Of a stretch of 64,000 nucleotides of DNA, positions 31,165-41,123 are shown piece after piece. The first letter of the stretch is position 1, and the number at the start of each line of letters is the position of its first letter. Source of the stretch: an uncultured beta proteobacterium (GTDB lineage: Bacteria; Pseudomonadota; Gammaproteobacteria; Burkholderiales; Casimicrobiaceae). The stretch covers positions 96,549 to 160,548 of the forward strand of contig CAVTHT010000007.1 in assembly GCA_963734575.1 (NCBI GenBank). Direction: 5' to 3'. The position numbers and the translations under genes were made by a program. A model generated the notes under the pieces. It was given only the letters and a program-made list of their open reading frames with translations, searched no databases and was not told the DNA's origin.

Positions 31165-33510
31165 ATGGTGCCGGATCGCGCGCTCAGCGCTCGCAGCGTG
31201 TCCACGAAGACGATTCTCGCCTTCCTGCCGGTGGTCGTCGCGCTCGGCGTGGAGTGGCTGTTCGATGCCGCCCTGCACCCGTTCGTGTGGTTCCTCTTCT
31301 ACCCCGCGGTCTTCATCAGCGCGTGGATCGGCGGCAGAGGCATCGGCCTCGCGGCGACCGCGGTGTCCACGCTCCTCGTCTGGTGGTTCTTCGTGCCTCC
31401 CCAGCATGCGTTTCTCAAGGAGGACCTGCGCTACCTCCTGCCGGCGGGTGTCTTCGCCGCGACCGGCGTGCTGTTCAGTCTCTTCCACGATCGCCTGTGG
31501 CGCATCGAGCAGCGCTATCGCGCCCTCGTCGACCAGGCGCCCGAGGGCGTGTTCATCGCCGATCCGCAAGGCCGATACACCGACGTCAACGATGCCGCCT
31601 GCCGCCTCCTCGGCTGCAGTCGCGACGAGGTCGTCGGGCGCAGCATCCGCGACGTCATTCCGGCGCAGGACGTCGACCGCTTCTGGGGCGCGAAGGTGAT
31701 GCACGGTCGCACGACGGTCGGGGAATCGTCGCTGCTGCGCAACGACGGCACCTACCTCCCCGTCGAGATCAGCGCCACGCTGCTGCGTGATGGGCGCTGG
31801 CAGGCGTTCGTACGCGACATCGCGCGGCGCCGGCGTTCGGAAGCCGAGTTGCGCCAGGCGGCAATCGTGTTCCATGGCACCACCGAGGCGATTCTGATCA
31901 CGGATGCCGGCGCGCGCGTCGTCGCCGTGAACGCGGCCTTCACCGCGATCAGCGGCTACGCGCCGGAGGAAGTCATGGGCCGCAACCCGCGCTTCCAGAA
32001 ATCGGGCCGCCACGACGAGGCGTTCTATGCGGCGATGTGGGAATCGCTCAACGCGACGGGCAAGTGGCAGGGCGAGATCTGGAACCGGCGCAAGCGCGGG
32101 GACATCTACCCCGCTTGGATGAACGTCAGCGCCGTGAAGGACGCGCGCGGCACCGTCACGCACTACGTGTCGCTCCTGTCGGACATCAGCGCGATGAAGG
32201 AGGTGGTGGACCGGCTCGACCATCTCGCCCATCACGACCCCCTGACGGGCCTGCCGAACCGGCTGCTCTTCACCGCCACCCTCGGGCACGCGCTCGACCG
32301 GGCGCAGCGTCATCGCCAGATCGTGGCGCTCCTGTTCCTCGATCTCGACCGCTTCAAGCTGATCAACGACACGCTGGGGCATCCCGCCGGCGATCAGCTG
32401 CTGGTCGAAGTGAGCGGACGGCTGCGGCGCTGCATCCGCGCACAGGACATGGTCGCGCGCGTGGGCGGCGACGAATTCGTGATCGTGCTCGAGGATCTCG
32501 CGGCGCCACACGGGGCCGCGCAGCTCGCGAGGAAGGTCCTCGCGGCGGTCGCGGAGCCGCTCATGCTGGACGGCAAGGAGGTCGTCACGACCACGAGCAT
32601 CGGCATCGCGCTGTATCCCGACGACGGCGGGAATGCCGTGGAGCTCACGCGTGCGGCCGATGCCGCGATGTACGGCGCGAAGGAACGCGGCCGCCAGACG
32701 TTCGAGTTCTACACGGCCGAGATCACGGCGCGCTCGCGCGAGCGTCTGCGCGTTGAGAACGGGCTGCGCAACGCGCTGACGCAGAACGGCCTCGTGCTGC
32801 ACTACCAGCCGCAGTTCGACATCGACGGCCGCCGCATCATCGGCGTCGAGGCGCTCGTGCGCTGGCGCCAGGCCGATGGCAGCCTGATGCTTCCCGATGC
32901 GTTCATTCCCGTGGCCGAGGAGAGCAGGCTCATCAGTCTCGTGGGCACGTGGGTCATCCAGGGGGCGTGCCTGCAGACGCGTCGCTGGCTCGATGCCGGG
33001 GTGAAGCCGCAGCGGATGGCGATCAATCTGTCGGGCCGCCAGATCGCCCACGACCAGCTCGTGGAAACGATGCAGCAGGCGCTCGACGCGAACGGACTGC
33101 GTCCCGGGGACATCGTGATGGAGGTCGAGATCACGGAGACGGTGCTGCAGTCGATGGAGCACAGCGCCGAGGTCCTGCGCCGGCTGCACGCTTTGGGCGT
33201 GCGCATCGCGATCGACGACTTCGGCACGGGCTATTCGTCGCTCAGCCTCCTCAAGCACCTGCCGGTGGACACCCTCAAGATCGATCGCGTGTTCATCGGC
33301 AACCTACCCGAGGATCCCGACAGCAGCGCGATCACCGCCGGCATGATCGCGCTCGCGCATCGCCTCGGGCTGCGGGTCGTCGCCGAAGGCGTGGAGACCG
33401 AAGGTCAGCTCGCGTTCCTGCGCCAGCACGGGTGCGACTGCGTGCAGGGCTTCCTGCTGAGTGCGGTCCTGCCCCCCGAGGAGATCGAGCACCTCCTGCG
33501 ATCGCAGTGA
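31165..33510 (+). CDS. Membrane sensor (DUF4118-like)-PAS-PAS-GGDEF-EAL signalling protein
   Basis: N-terminal region FLFYPAVFISAWIGGRGIGLAATAVSTLLVWWFFVPP. The GGDEF motif is intact (RVGGDEFVIVL) and the EAL motif is intact (GVEALVRW...DDFGTGYSSLSLLKHLPVDTLKIDRVF). Confidence 0.85.
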   Translation: MVPDRALSARSVSTKTILAFLPVVVALGVEWLFDAALHPFVWFLFYPAVFISAWIGGRGIGLAATAVSTLLVWWFFVPPQHAFLKEDLRYLLPAGVFAATGVLFSLFHDRLWRIEQRYRALVDQAPEGVFIADPQGRYTDVNDAACRLLGCSRDEVVGRSIRDVIPAQDVDRFWGAKVMHGRTTVGESSLLRNDGTYLPVEISATLLRDGRWQAFVRDIARRRRSEAELRQAAIVFHGTTEAILITDAGARVVAVNAAFTAISGYAPEEVMGRNPRFQKSGRHDEAFYAAMWESLNATGKWQGEIWNRRKRGDIYPAWMNVSAVKDARGTVTHYVSLLSDISAMKEVVDRLDHLAHHDPLTGLPNRLLFTATLGHALDRAQRHRQIVALLFLDLDRFKLINDTLGHPAGDQLLVEVSGRLRRCIRAQDMVARVGGDEFVIVLEDLAAPHGAAQLARKVLAAVAEPLMLDGKEVVTTTSIGIALYPDDGGNAVELTRAADAAMYGAKERGRQTFEFYTAEITARSRERLRVENGLRNALTQNGLVLHYQPQFDIDGRRIIGVEALVRWRQADGSLMLPDAFIPVAEESRLISLVGTWVIQGACLQTRRWLDAGVKPQRMAINLSGRQIAHDQLVETMQQALDANGLRPGDIVMEVEITETVLQSMEHSAEVLRRLHALGVRIAIDDFGTGYSSLSLLKHLPVDTLKIDRVFIGNLPEDPDSSAITAGMIALAHRLGLRVVAEGVETEGQLAFLRQHGCDCVQGFLLSAVLPPEEIEHLLRSQ

Positions 33511-33633
33511 CCGCGCTGGGTGGCGCACGACAGCGCGCGCGATGTGATCGCAGGGCCGGCGTACCACGATTGCAGCGAGAGGCGCCGGAACGCGCGCGCT
33601 TATAATCCTTCCCTTTGCGTCATCGTCATCGCC

Positions 33634-34785
33634 GTGATCCGCTTCCTGCTCGCCGTCGTTCTCGCCCTTTCCGCGTCCTTCCCGTCCGCCCAGCCCGCAG
33701 TGCCGGCGTCCGGCGCGCCCGTGCCGCCCGCGCCAACCATCGCGGCCGGTGCCTACCTGCTGCTCGACGTGACCAGCGGCCAGGTGATCGCCGCCCAGAA
33801 TGCGGAGGAGCATCGCGAGCCCGCATCGCTCACGAAGCTCATGACCGCGTACCTCGCGTTCGCCGCGCTGCGCGACAAGACGATCACGCCGTCGCAGATG
33901 GTGAACGTCTCCACGGCCGCATGGAAAGCGGAAGGCTCGCGCATGTTCATCGAGCCGCGCAAGGCCGTGTCGGTGGACGAGCTGCTGCGCGGGGTCATCG
34001 TGCAATCGGGCAACGACGCGTCGATCGCGATCGCCGAGCTCGTCGCGGGCACCGAGGCGGCGTTCGCCGAGCGCATGAACGCCGAGGCGAAGCGGCTCGG
34101 GCTCGCCAACACGCACTTCGTGAATGCAACGGGACTCGCCCACGCGCAGCATTACTCGACCGCCACGGATCTCGCGCGTCTCGCGGCGGCGATCATCCGC
34201 GACTTCCCCGAGTACTACCCGCTGTATTCCATGAAGGAGTACCGCTACAACAACATCACGCAGCCGAACCGCAACCGGCTCCTGTGGACCGACCCCTACG
34301 TGGACGGCATGAAGACCGGCCACACCGACGCGGCCGGATGGTGCCTCATCGCCTCCGCGAAGCGCGGCCAGCGCCGGCTCCTGTCGGTGGTGCTGGGCGC
34401 GGCGTCCGACAATGCGCGCGCCAGCGAGAGCCAGAAGCTCCTCAACTACGGCTTTCAGGCGTTCGACACCGTGCAGCTCTACCAGACCGGACAGCCCATC
34501 TCGACCTTGCGCGTGTGGAAGGGCGCGGCGGACCAGGTGCCGGCGGGCTTCGTGGCCGAGCATTACATGACGCTGCCCAAGGGGCGCGCCGACAAGCTCG
34601 CGGTCTCGATGACCGCCGTGGAGCCGTTGACGGCACCGGTGACCAAGGGGCAGCGCGTGGGGGCGGTGAAGGTGGCCTTCGAGGGCCGCCAGGTCGCCGA
34701 ATTCCCGCTCGTCGCCCTGCAGGACGTCGCCCTCGGCAACATGGCGGGGCGCGCGTGGGACACGGTGCGACTGTGGTTCAAGTGA
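33634..34785 (+). CDS. dacC: D-alanyl-D-alanine carboxypeptidase (PBP5/6 class, serine-type), GTG start
   Basis: Signal peptide, SxxK (REPASLTKLMTAYLAF), SGN (VQSGNDASIA) and KTG (MKTGHTDAAGWC) motifs. A TATAAT box at 33599-33604 lies upstream. Confidence 0.85.
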   Translation: MIRFLLAVVLALSASFPSAQPAVPASGAPVPPAPTIAAGAYLLLDVTSGQVIAAQNAEEHREPASLTKLMTAYLAFAALRDKTITPSQMVNVSTAAWKAEGSRMFIEPRKAVSVDELLRGVIVQSGNDASIAIAELVAGTEAAFAERMNAEAKRLGLANTHFVNATGLAHAQHYSTATDLARLAAAIIRDFPEYYPLYSMKEYRYNNITQPNRNRLLWTDPYVDGMKTGHTDAAGWCLIASAKRGQRRLLSVVLGAASDNARASESQKLLNYGFQAFDTVQLYQTGQPISTLRVWKGAADQVPAGFVAEHYMTLPKGRADKLAVSMTAVEPLTAPVTKGQRVGAVKVAFEGRQVAEFPLVALQDVALGNMAGRAWDTVRLWFK

Positions 34786-34846
34786 CGCCCGCGCTGCACC
34801 TTCTCTCCATTTCGCCCGACGCAACGACCGTATCGGAGGACCGCTC

Positions 34847-35707
34847 ATGATCGTCTACCTGAACGGCGACTTCCTGCCTCTCGAGGATGCGAAGATCTCC
34901 GTGCTGGACCGCGGCTTCATCTACGGCGACGGCGTGTACGAGCTCGTGCCCGTGTATGGCCGCGAGCCGTTCCGTCTGGCGCACCATCTCGCGCGGCTCA
35001 AGAACAGTCTCGCCGGCATCGGTCTCGCGAATCCCCATGCCGACGCCGAGTGGGAGCGCATCATCCGGCGGCTGGTAGCCGAGCAGCCGTTCGACGACCA
35101 GGGCGTGTACTTCCAGATCACGCGCGGAGTGGCGAAGCGCGATCACGCGTTTCCCGCGGGCGTTGTGCCCACGGTGTTCATGATGAGCAACCCGCTGCCC
35201 ACACCTACTGCGGAACAGGTCGCGCACGGCGTCGCGGTGGTGACCGCGGAGGACAATCGCTGGAAGCGCTGCGACCTCAAGACCATCTCGCTGCTCGGCA
35301 ACGTGCTGATGCGCCAGCTCGCGGCAGAAGCGGGGGCCGCAGAAACGGTGATGTTCCGTGACGGCTATCTCACCGAAGCCTCCGCGTCGAACGTTCTGGT
35401 GGTGATCGACGGCACCATCATCGCGCCGCCCAAGGACAATCTCATCCTGCCGGGGATCACCTACGACGCGGCCATCGAGTTCGCGCGCGAGGGCGGCGTC
35501 CCGTTCCTCATCCGTCCCGTGCGGCGCGAGGAGGCGCTGGCGGCCGACGAGATGTGGCTGTCGTCGTCCACCAAGGAAGTGCTGGCAGTGACCACCGTGG
35601 ACGGCAAGCCGTTCGCCTCGGGGTTGCCGGGTCCCGTGTTCCGGCGCGTGCACGCGCTTTTCCAGGAAGCGAAGGCGAAGAGCCGCGCCGCCGTCACGCC
35701 CGCCTGA
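34847..35707 (+). CDS. dat: D-amino-acid aminotransferase (fold type IV PLP enzyme)
   Basis: MIVYLNGDFLPLEDAKISVLDRGFIYGDGVYELVPVYGREPFRLAHHLARLKNS...EASASNVLVV. The ORF is intact. Confidence 0.8.
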   Translation: MIVYLNGDFLPLEDAKISVLDRGFIYGDGVYELVPVYGREPFRLAHHLARLKNSLAGIGLANPHADAEWERIIRRLVAEQPFDDQGVYFQITRGVAKRDHAFPAGVVPTVFMMSNPLPTPTAEQVAHGVAVVTAEDNRWKRCDLKTISLLGNVLMRQLAAEAGAAETVMFRDGYLTEASASNVLVVIDGTIIAPPKDNLILPGITYDAAIEFAREGGVPFLIRPVRREEALAADEMWLSSSTKEVLAVTTVDGKPFASGLPGPVFRRVHALFQEAKAKSRAAVTPA

Positions 35708-35716
35708 TCGAGCCGG

Positions 35717-36298
35717 TCAGGGCAGCGGCAGGTCCTGCGGCATGGCGTAGCCGCCGTGCACGAACACGAGGCCCACGCCGGGGCGCCGCTCGCAGTGCTC
35801 CACTTCGCCGACGAACAGCATGTGGTCGCCCATGCGCTGCTGGGCGAAGCGGCGACATTCGAGCCACGCCACGCAGCCGTCGATGAGCGGCGCGTCGGCG
35901 ATGCCGAGGCGAAACGGCACGCCGGCGAAGCGGTCCTCATGCGGTTCCGAGAAGCGGCGCGCGAGCTCGATCTGGTCGTGCGCGAGGACGTTGACGGTGT
36001 AGCGCTCGGCCTGCTCGAACGCGGCCAAGGTGTTCGCGCGCTCGTGCAGGCTCCACAGGATGAGCGGCGGCACGAGGGACAGCGCGTTGAACGAGTTGGC
36101 CGTGAATCCGGCATAGCCGCCGTCGGCGGCGCGGGCGCAGATGACGGTCACGCCGGTCGCGAACTGAGCCAGGGCGTCGCGGAACTGGCGTTCGGTGAAC
36201 GGCGGCGATGGACGCGGGGCTGCGGCATCGGGGGGTGGACTGGACAAGGCTCGGGACGCGAAGGCGAAGGGGGGATGCCCGATGGTAGGCAGGCGCAT
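35717..36298 (-). CDS. Flavin reductase-like (HpaC/NADH:FMN oxidoreductase family) protein
   Basis: FRDALAQFATGVTVICARAADGGYAGFTANSFNALSLVPPLILWSLHERANTLAAFEQAERYTVNVLAHDQIELARRFS. Confidence 0.75.
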   Translation of the reverse strand: MRLPTIGHPPFAFASRALSSPPPDAAAPRPSPPFTERQFRDALAQFATGVTVICARAADGGYAGFTANSFNALSLVPPLILWSLHERANTLAAFEQAERYTVNVLAHDQIELARRFSEPHEDRFAGVPFRLGIADAPLIDGCVAWLECRRFAQQRMGDHMLFVGEVEHCERRPGVGLVFVHGGYAMPQDLPLP

Positions 36299-36448
36299 CC
36301 CCGGGTGTCAAAACGGCGCAGTCCGTCCCGCGTAGCGAGACAGCGCGCGGCGCCTGCCGGGGCCGGCCGTGCCGCGCCGGCGCGACGCTGCTAAACTCAT
36401 TCGCTCCGCTGGCCGCGGAGACCCCGTTCCCCAATCGATCCGTGTGAC

Positions 36449-37651
36449 ATGGCCGAGCCACTGCAGAAGATGATCGCGAGCCGGTACGCCGGCATGGACC
36501 TCCCCATCGCGCTGGTGCTGCCCGACGGCGGGCGCGTGCCCCTCTCGTCGAGCCCCGAGATCGAGGTGACGGCGCGCAGCTGGAGGGGATTGAAGGCGCT
36601 GGCGACGCCGGCGCTGGGCAGCCTCGCCAGGGCCTACGTGCACGGCGAGATCGACTTCTCCGGCAGCGCCCGGCGCATCCTCGGCATTGCCGAATCGATC
36701 GTCGGCAGCGTGACGCACGGCAAGGAGCCGGTGAGCGCGCGTTGGCGGCAGCTCGTCCACCAGCGGCGCAGCAACCGCAAGAACGTCCAGTTCCACTACG
36801 ACGTCTCCAATGCGTTCTATCGCCTGTGGCTCGATGCGCGGATGGTGTACTCGTGCGCGTACTTCCGCCGCGAGTCGGACACCCTCGACGCGGCGCAGGC
36901 GCAGAAGCTCGACCACATCTGCCGCAAGCTGCAGCTCGAGGAGGGCGAGACGTTCCTCGACATCGGCTGCGGCTGGGGCGGGCTCGTCTTCTGGGCCGCG
37001 GAGAACTACGGCGTGCGCGCCAAGGGCATCACCCTGTCGCAGAACCAGTTCGATCACGTCCGCCAGCAGATCGAGTCGCGCGGCCTCACGGGCAAGGTGG
37101 AGGTGCAGCTTCTCGACTACCTCGACCTGCCCGAGTCGCAGCTCTACGACAAGATCGCCAGCGTGGGCATGTTCGAGCACGTCGGCGTGGCGCGCTTCCC
37201 GCGCTACTTCGGCAAGATCCAGCGCGTGCTGAAGCCGGGCGGGCTCGTGCTGAACCACGGCATCACGCACAACTGGCCGGGCGGCAGCAGCCTGGGCAGC
37301 GGGATCGGCGACTTCGTCGAGCAGTACGTGTTCCCCGGCGGCGAGCTCACCCACGTGTCGCGCGTCATCGACGGCCTCGCGACGCAGGGACTGGAGCTCC
37401 TCGACGCGGAGCCGCTGCGCGAGCACTACGGACGCACGCTGTGGCACTGGGTCGATCGCCTCGAGGCCAACGCCGACACCGCGCGCGCCGAGGTCGGAGA
37501 GGAGAAGTTCCGCATCTGGCGGATCTACCTCGCGGGGTCGGCGCATGCCTTCGATCGCGGGTGGCTGAATCTCTTCCAGCTCCTCGCCGGGAAACCTTAT
37601 CCGGACGGTCGACTGCCCCATCCGCTGACGCGCGAGTACATCTACCGCTGA
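36449..37651 (+). CDS. Cyclopropane-fatty-acyl-phospholipid synthase family SAM-dependent methyltransferase
   Basis: HYDVSNAFYRLWLDARMVYSCAYF...LDIGCGWGGL...VGMFEHVG...YLAGSAHAF. The ORF is intact at 400 aa. Confidence 0.85.
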   Translation: MAEPLQKMIASRYAGMDLPIALVLPDGGRVPLSSSPEIEVTARSWRGLKALATPALGSLARAYVHGEIDFSGSARRILGIAESIVGSVTHGKEPVSARWRQLVHQRRSNRKNVQFHYDVSNAFYRLWLDARMVYSCAYFRRESDTLDAAQAQKLDHICRKLQLEEGETFLDIGCGWGGLVFWAAENYGVRAKGITLSQNQFDHVRQQIESRGLTGKVEVQLLDYLDLPESQLYDKIASVGMFEHVGVARFPRYFGKIQRVLKPGGLVLNHGITHNWPGGSSLGSGIGDFVEQYVFPGGELTHVSRVIDGLATQGLELLDAEPLREHYGRTLWHWVDRLEANADTARAEVGEEKFRIWRIYLAGSAHAFDRGWLNLFQLLAGKPYPDGRLPHPLTREYIYR

Positions 37652-37734
37652 AGCCGCACAGGCGGCGCGGCGGCGCCTCGGCACCGGCTGGATTTGGCGC
37701 GGTCCGACCCCATATCGGAGCTTTGGAGCCGCCC

Positions 37735-38025
37735 ATGCCTATCCTGCCCACCCTGCAAACCACTCCCGGCGAGTCCCTGCTCGTCTTTCCGTGCTCGTTC
37801 CCGATCAAGGTCATGGGACTCACGCAGGACGAGTTCGCACAGACCATCGTTGCCATCGTGCAGAAGCACGCGCCCGACTTCGATGCCCGGACGCTCGAGA
37901 TGCGCGCCTCGACGGCGGGCAAGTACCTGTCGCTGACCTGCACGGTCAACGCCACGTCGCGCGAGCAGCTCGACGACCTGTATCGCGAGCTCTCCTCGCA
38001 TCCGATGGTGACGATGGTGCTGTAA
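37735..38025 (+). CDS. ybeD: YbeD/UPF0250 (DUF493) protein
   Basis: LLVFPCSFPIKVMGLTQDEFAQTIVAIVQKHAPDFDARTLEMRASTAGKYLSLTCTVNATSREQLDDLYRELSSHPMV. The gene sits directly upstream of lipB. Confidence 0.8.
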   Translation: MPILPTLQTTPGESLLVFPCSFPIKVMGLTQDEFAQTIVAIVQKHAPDFDARTLEMRASTAGKYLSLTCTVNATSREQLDDLYRELSSHPMVTMVL

Positions 38026-38035
38026 CGGTGGCGCG

Positions 38036-38720
38036 ATGCCCGCCGCGATGATCGCGCCGGTCCGGGACGACGTCGCGGTGCCGCCGTCCGCAGCGCCCGT
38101 CGTGCGCCGGCTCGGCCGTACCGCCTACGAGCGCGACCTGGCGCGCGATGCAGGCCTTCACGTCCGCGCGCAGGCCCGGCGATGCCGACGAGCTCTGGAT
38201 CACGGAGCACGCGCCGATCTACACCCTCGGGCTCGCGGGCCGTCTCGAGCACGTGCGCGACGCGCAGGCCATCCCGGTGCTGAAGGTCGATCGCGGCGGC
38301 CAGGTGACCTATCACGGACCCGGCCAGCTCGTCCTGTACGTCCTGCACGACCTGCGCCGCTCGCGCACCGGCATTCGCGTGCTCGTCCGGGCGCTGGAGG
38401 GCGCGGTGATAGACTGGCTCGCGACGCATGACATCCCCGCGTACGGCAAGGAAAGCGCGCCGGGCGTGTACACCCACCTGCGCGGGAACGAAGCCAAGAT
38501 CGCCGCACTCGGCCTCCGGGTTGCCAACGGGTGCACGTATCACGGCCTCAGCGTCAACCTCGACATGGATCTCGCTCCCTTCCTCGGCATCGATCCCTGC
38601 GGCTATCCCGGCCTCGCGGTGACGCAGGTGGCGGACTTCGGCCGCGCCCCCGGCGTGGACGAGGCAGGGCAGGAGCTCGCGCCGCGGATCGCGGCCGCCA
38701 TTGCACGCCCGGGACGCTGA
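38036..38720 (+). CDS. lipB: Octanoyltransferase LipB; one frame change near 38150
   Basis: [11 protein letters not shown] / ...[22 protein letters not shown]...[28 protein letters not shown]...[37 protein letters not shown]. Confidence 0.85.
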
Positions 38721-39702
38721 TGGACGACGTCGCGGCAAAGGGACCCGTCGCGCCCGGCGTGAAGCAGAAGGGCGGGAGCAAGACCGCGCGCATTCCGGTG
38801 AAGATCGTCCCGGCGGAGCGCCTGCCCAAGCCGGAATGGATCCGCGCCCGGGCGCCCTCGTCGCCGCGGTTCACCGAGATCAAGCGCATCCTGCGCGAGA
38901 ACAGCCTGCACACCGTGTGCGAGGAAGCGTCGTGCCCGAACATCGGCGAATGCTTCAGCAAGGGCACGGCGACGTTCATGATCATGGGCGACATCTGCAC
39001 GCGCCGCTGCCCGTTCTGCGACGTGGGGCATGGACGGCCGCTGCCGCTCGACGCCGAAGAGCCCGCGAACCTCGCGCGCACGATCGCGGCGATGCGCCTG
39101 CGCTACGTCGTGATCACCAGCGTGGATCGTGATGACCTGCGCGACGGCGGCGCCGGTCATTTCGTCGAGTGCATTCGTGCCGTGCGGGCGCTCTCGCCGC
39201 AGACGCAGATCGAGGTGCTGGTACCGGATTTTCGCGGCCGCCTGGAGCGCGCGCTCGGCATCCTCGCCGCGGCGCCTCCGGACGTGATGAATCACAACCT
39301 CGAGACGGTGCCGCGCCTTTATCGCGAGGCGCGGCCGGGCTCGGACTACGCGCACTCGCTCGCGCTGCTGCGCGATTTCAAGCTCGCCTTCCCGCACGTG
39401 CCGACCAAGTCCGGGCTGATGGTCGGGCTCGGGCGAGACCGACGACGAGATCCTCGAGGTCATGGCCGACATGCGCCGCGCACGACATCGACATGCTCAC
39501 GCTCGGCCAGTATCTGCAGCCGACCGCGGGACACCTGCCCGTGCGCCGCTACGTGCATCCCGATATCTTCGCGATGTTCGAGCGCAAGGCGTACGAGCTC
39601 GGCTTCCGTCACGCCGCCTGCGGCGCGATGGTGCGCTCGTCGTATCACGCGGATCGGCAGGCGGAGGACGTGCTTGCGGGTCAGCGTCAGGCTGAAGCCT
39701 GA
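38720..39702 (+). CDS. lipA: Lipoyl synthase LipA; ATG overlaps lipB TGA; one frame change near 39430
   Basis: [37 protein letters not shown] (radical-SAM CxxxCxxC and N-terminal Cys cluster) / ...[69 protein letters not shown]. Confidence 0.85.
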
Positions 39703-39703
39703 C
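39686..39703. repeat. REP-like palindromic element copy 1 (GTCAGGCTGAAGCCTGAC + CCACAGC tail); contains lipA stop codon
   Basis: gtcaggctgaagcctgacccacagc is seen directly. It is a 7-bp stem with a 4-nt loop. Confidence 0.75.
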
Positions 39704-39723
39704 CCACAGCTTGGCGCATCTCG

Positions 39724-39741
39724 TCAGGCTGAAGCCTGACC
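39724..39741. repeat. REP-like element copy 2 (identical)
   Basis: gtcaggctgaagcctgacccacagcc. Confidence 0.75.
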
Positions 39742-39760
39742 CACAGCCTTGGCGCATCGC

Positions 39761-39778
39761 GTCAGGCCGAAGCCCGAC
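39761..39778. repeat. REP-like element copy 3 (variant GTCAGGCCGAAGCCCGAC)
   Basis: gtcaggccgaagcccgaccacag. Confidence 0.7.
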
Positions 39779-39837
39779 CACAGATGAGGAAGCGTCGGCA
39801 GCGGGTCGGAAGCGTGGCTTGCACGGGTGATCGACAG

Positions 39838-39861
39838 CTGTAGGTCGGGCTTCAGCCCGAC
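39838..39861. repeat. REP-like element copy 4, inverted orientation (CTGTAGGTCGGGCTTCAGCCCGAC)
   Basis: ctgtaggtcgggcttcagcccgac. Its reverse complement matches copies 1-3, including the CACAG/CTGTA tail. Confidence 0.7.
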
Positions 39862-39866
39862 GCGTT

Positions 39867-41123
39867 TCACATCTTCGCCTGGCAGCATCCGGGCAGCGGT
39901 GCACCCTTCGGCCACAGCACAAAGAGACGCCCGTCCTGGCGCATGCGGCCCGCTTCCTGGCCCGCCTCGCTGCCGAATCCCCAGAAGAAATCCGCTCGCA
40001 CCGCACCGCGGATCGCGCCGCCGGTGTCCTGCGCCATCACCAGGCGCGCGAGCGGCCGGCTGGTCGACGGATACGTCGTCGCGATGAACACCGGCGTGCC
40101 GAGCGGCACCGCGCGCACGTCGACGGCGATCGTGCGCTGCGGAAGCAGCGGCACGCCGAGGCTCCCGATGGGCCCGTCGATCCTCGCCTCGAGACTGCCC
40201 GCGGGAAACTGCGGCACCTCGCGGAAGAACACGTAGCTCGGATTGCTTTCCAGGATCTCGGGCAGCTTGTCCGGATTGCGGCGCCCCCATTCGCGGATGT
40301 TCTGCATCGACGTGCGCTCGAGCGTCAGGTAGCCGCGATCGGCGAGCACGCGGCCGATGGCGCGATACGGATGTCCGTTCTGGTCCGCGTACCCGAGGCG
40401 CACCACGTCGCCGTTCTCGAGCTGGATGCGTCCCGAACCCTGGATCTCGAGGAAGAACGCCTCCACCGGATCCTGCACGTACACGAGCTCGCGACCGGCG
40501 ACGGGGGCCATGCCGCCGTCGATGCCCGCGCGATCCCAGTACGGCACGACGCGCTTGCCGACGACACGTCCGCGCAGGCGCTTGCCGTTGAGCTCGGGAT
40601 AGAGTGCCGCGAGATCGATGGTGAGAAGGTCGTCGGGCGGCGCGTACAGCGGTACGGTGAACTGCCCGTTGCGCGTGCGGCTGCCGAGGAGGAGCGGCTC
40701 GTAGTAGCCGGTGACGAGGCCCGTCTCCTGCCCGTCCTGGCCCGTCACCTGGTATGGGCTAAAATGTTGCTCGAAAAACGCGCGCGCCGTCGCCGCATCG
40801 GGCGAAGGCATGGCAGCCGCTGCGGCGCACGGCTCCTGCCACGCGGGTGCCTTCGACGCATCGGCCAGCAGCGCCTTGCATCCGACGAGAAAGGCCGGCC
40901 ACGCGGCCTCGACGGCGTCGTCGCGCCAGCCGGGCAGGGCATCGAACGACACCGCGCGGTACTGCGCGGGCAGCGAAGGCACCGCCGGAACCGCGGGCGG
41001 CGGCTTGGGAGGCGGCGCCGGGGGTGTGACCGCGCAGGCCGCCAGCAGCGTCACCAGGAAGAGCGGCAGCCACGGCGCGTGCCGTCGCGAGCGCGCACCG
41101 CGCGATGACCGGAAGACCGTCAT
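39867..41123 (-). CDS. mltA: Membrane-bound lytic murein transglycosylase A (MltA), lipoprotein
   Basis: Lipobox LLAACAV. The MltA-specific 3D-domain region reads PLLGSRTRNGQFTVPLYAPPDDL...GYADQNGHPYRAIGRVLADRGYL...DTGGAIRGAVRADFFWGFG. Confidence 0.85.
   Translation of the reverse strand: MTVFRSSRGARSRRHAPWLPLFLVTLLAACAVTPPAPPPKPPPAVPAVPSLPAQYRAVSFDALPGWRDDAVEAAWPAFLVGCKALLADASKAPAWQEPCAAAAAMPSPDAATARAFFEQHFSPYQVTGQDGQETGLVTGYYEPLLLGSRTRNGQFTVPLYAPPDDLLTIDLAALYPELNGKRLRGRVVGKRVVPYWDRAGIDGGMAPVAGRELVYVQDPVEAFFLEIQGSGRIQLENGDVVRLGYADQNGHPYRAIGRVLADRGYLTLERTSMQNIREWGRRNPDKLPEILESNPSYVFFREVPQFPAGSLEARIDGPIGSLGVPLLPQRTIAVDVRAVPLGTPVFIATTYPSTSRPLARLVMAQDTGGAIRGAVRADFFWGFGSEAGQEAGRMRQDGRLFVLWPKGAPLPGCCQAKM

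Noticed and set aside
31120-33258. 712-aa minus-strand ORF
   Set aside because: It is antisense to the PAS-GGDEF-EAL gene, whose motifs are unambiguous.
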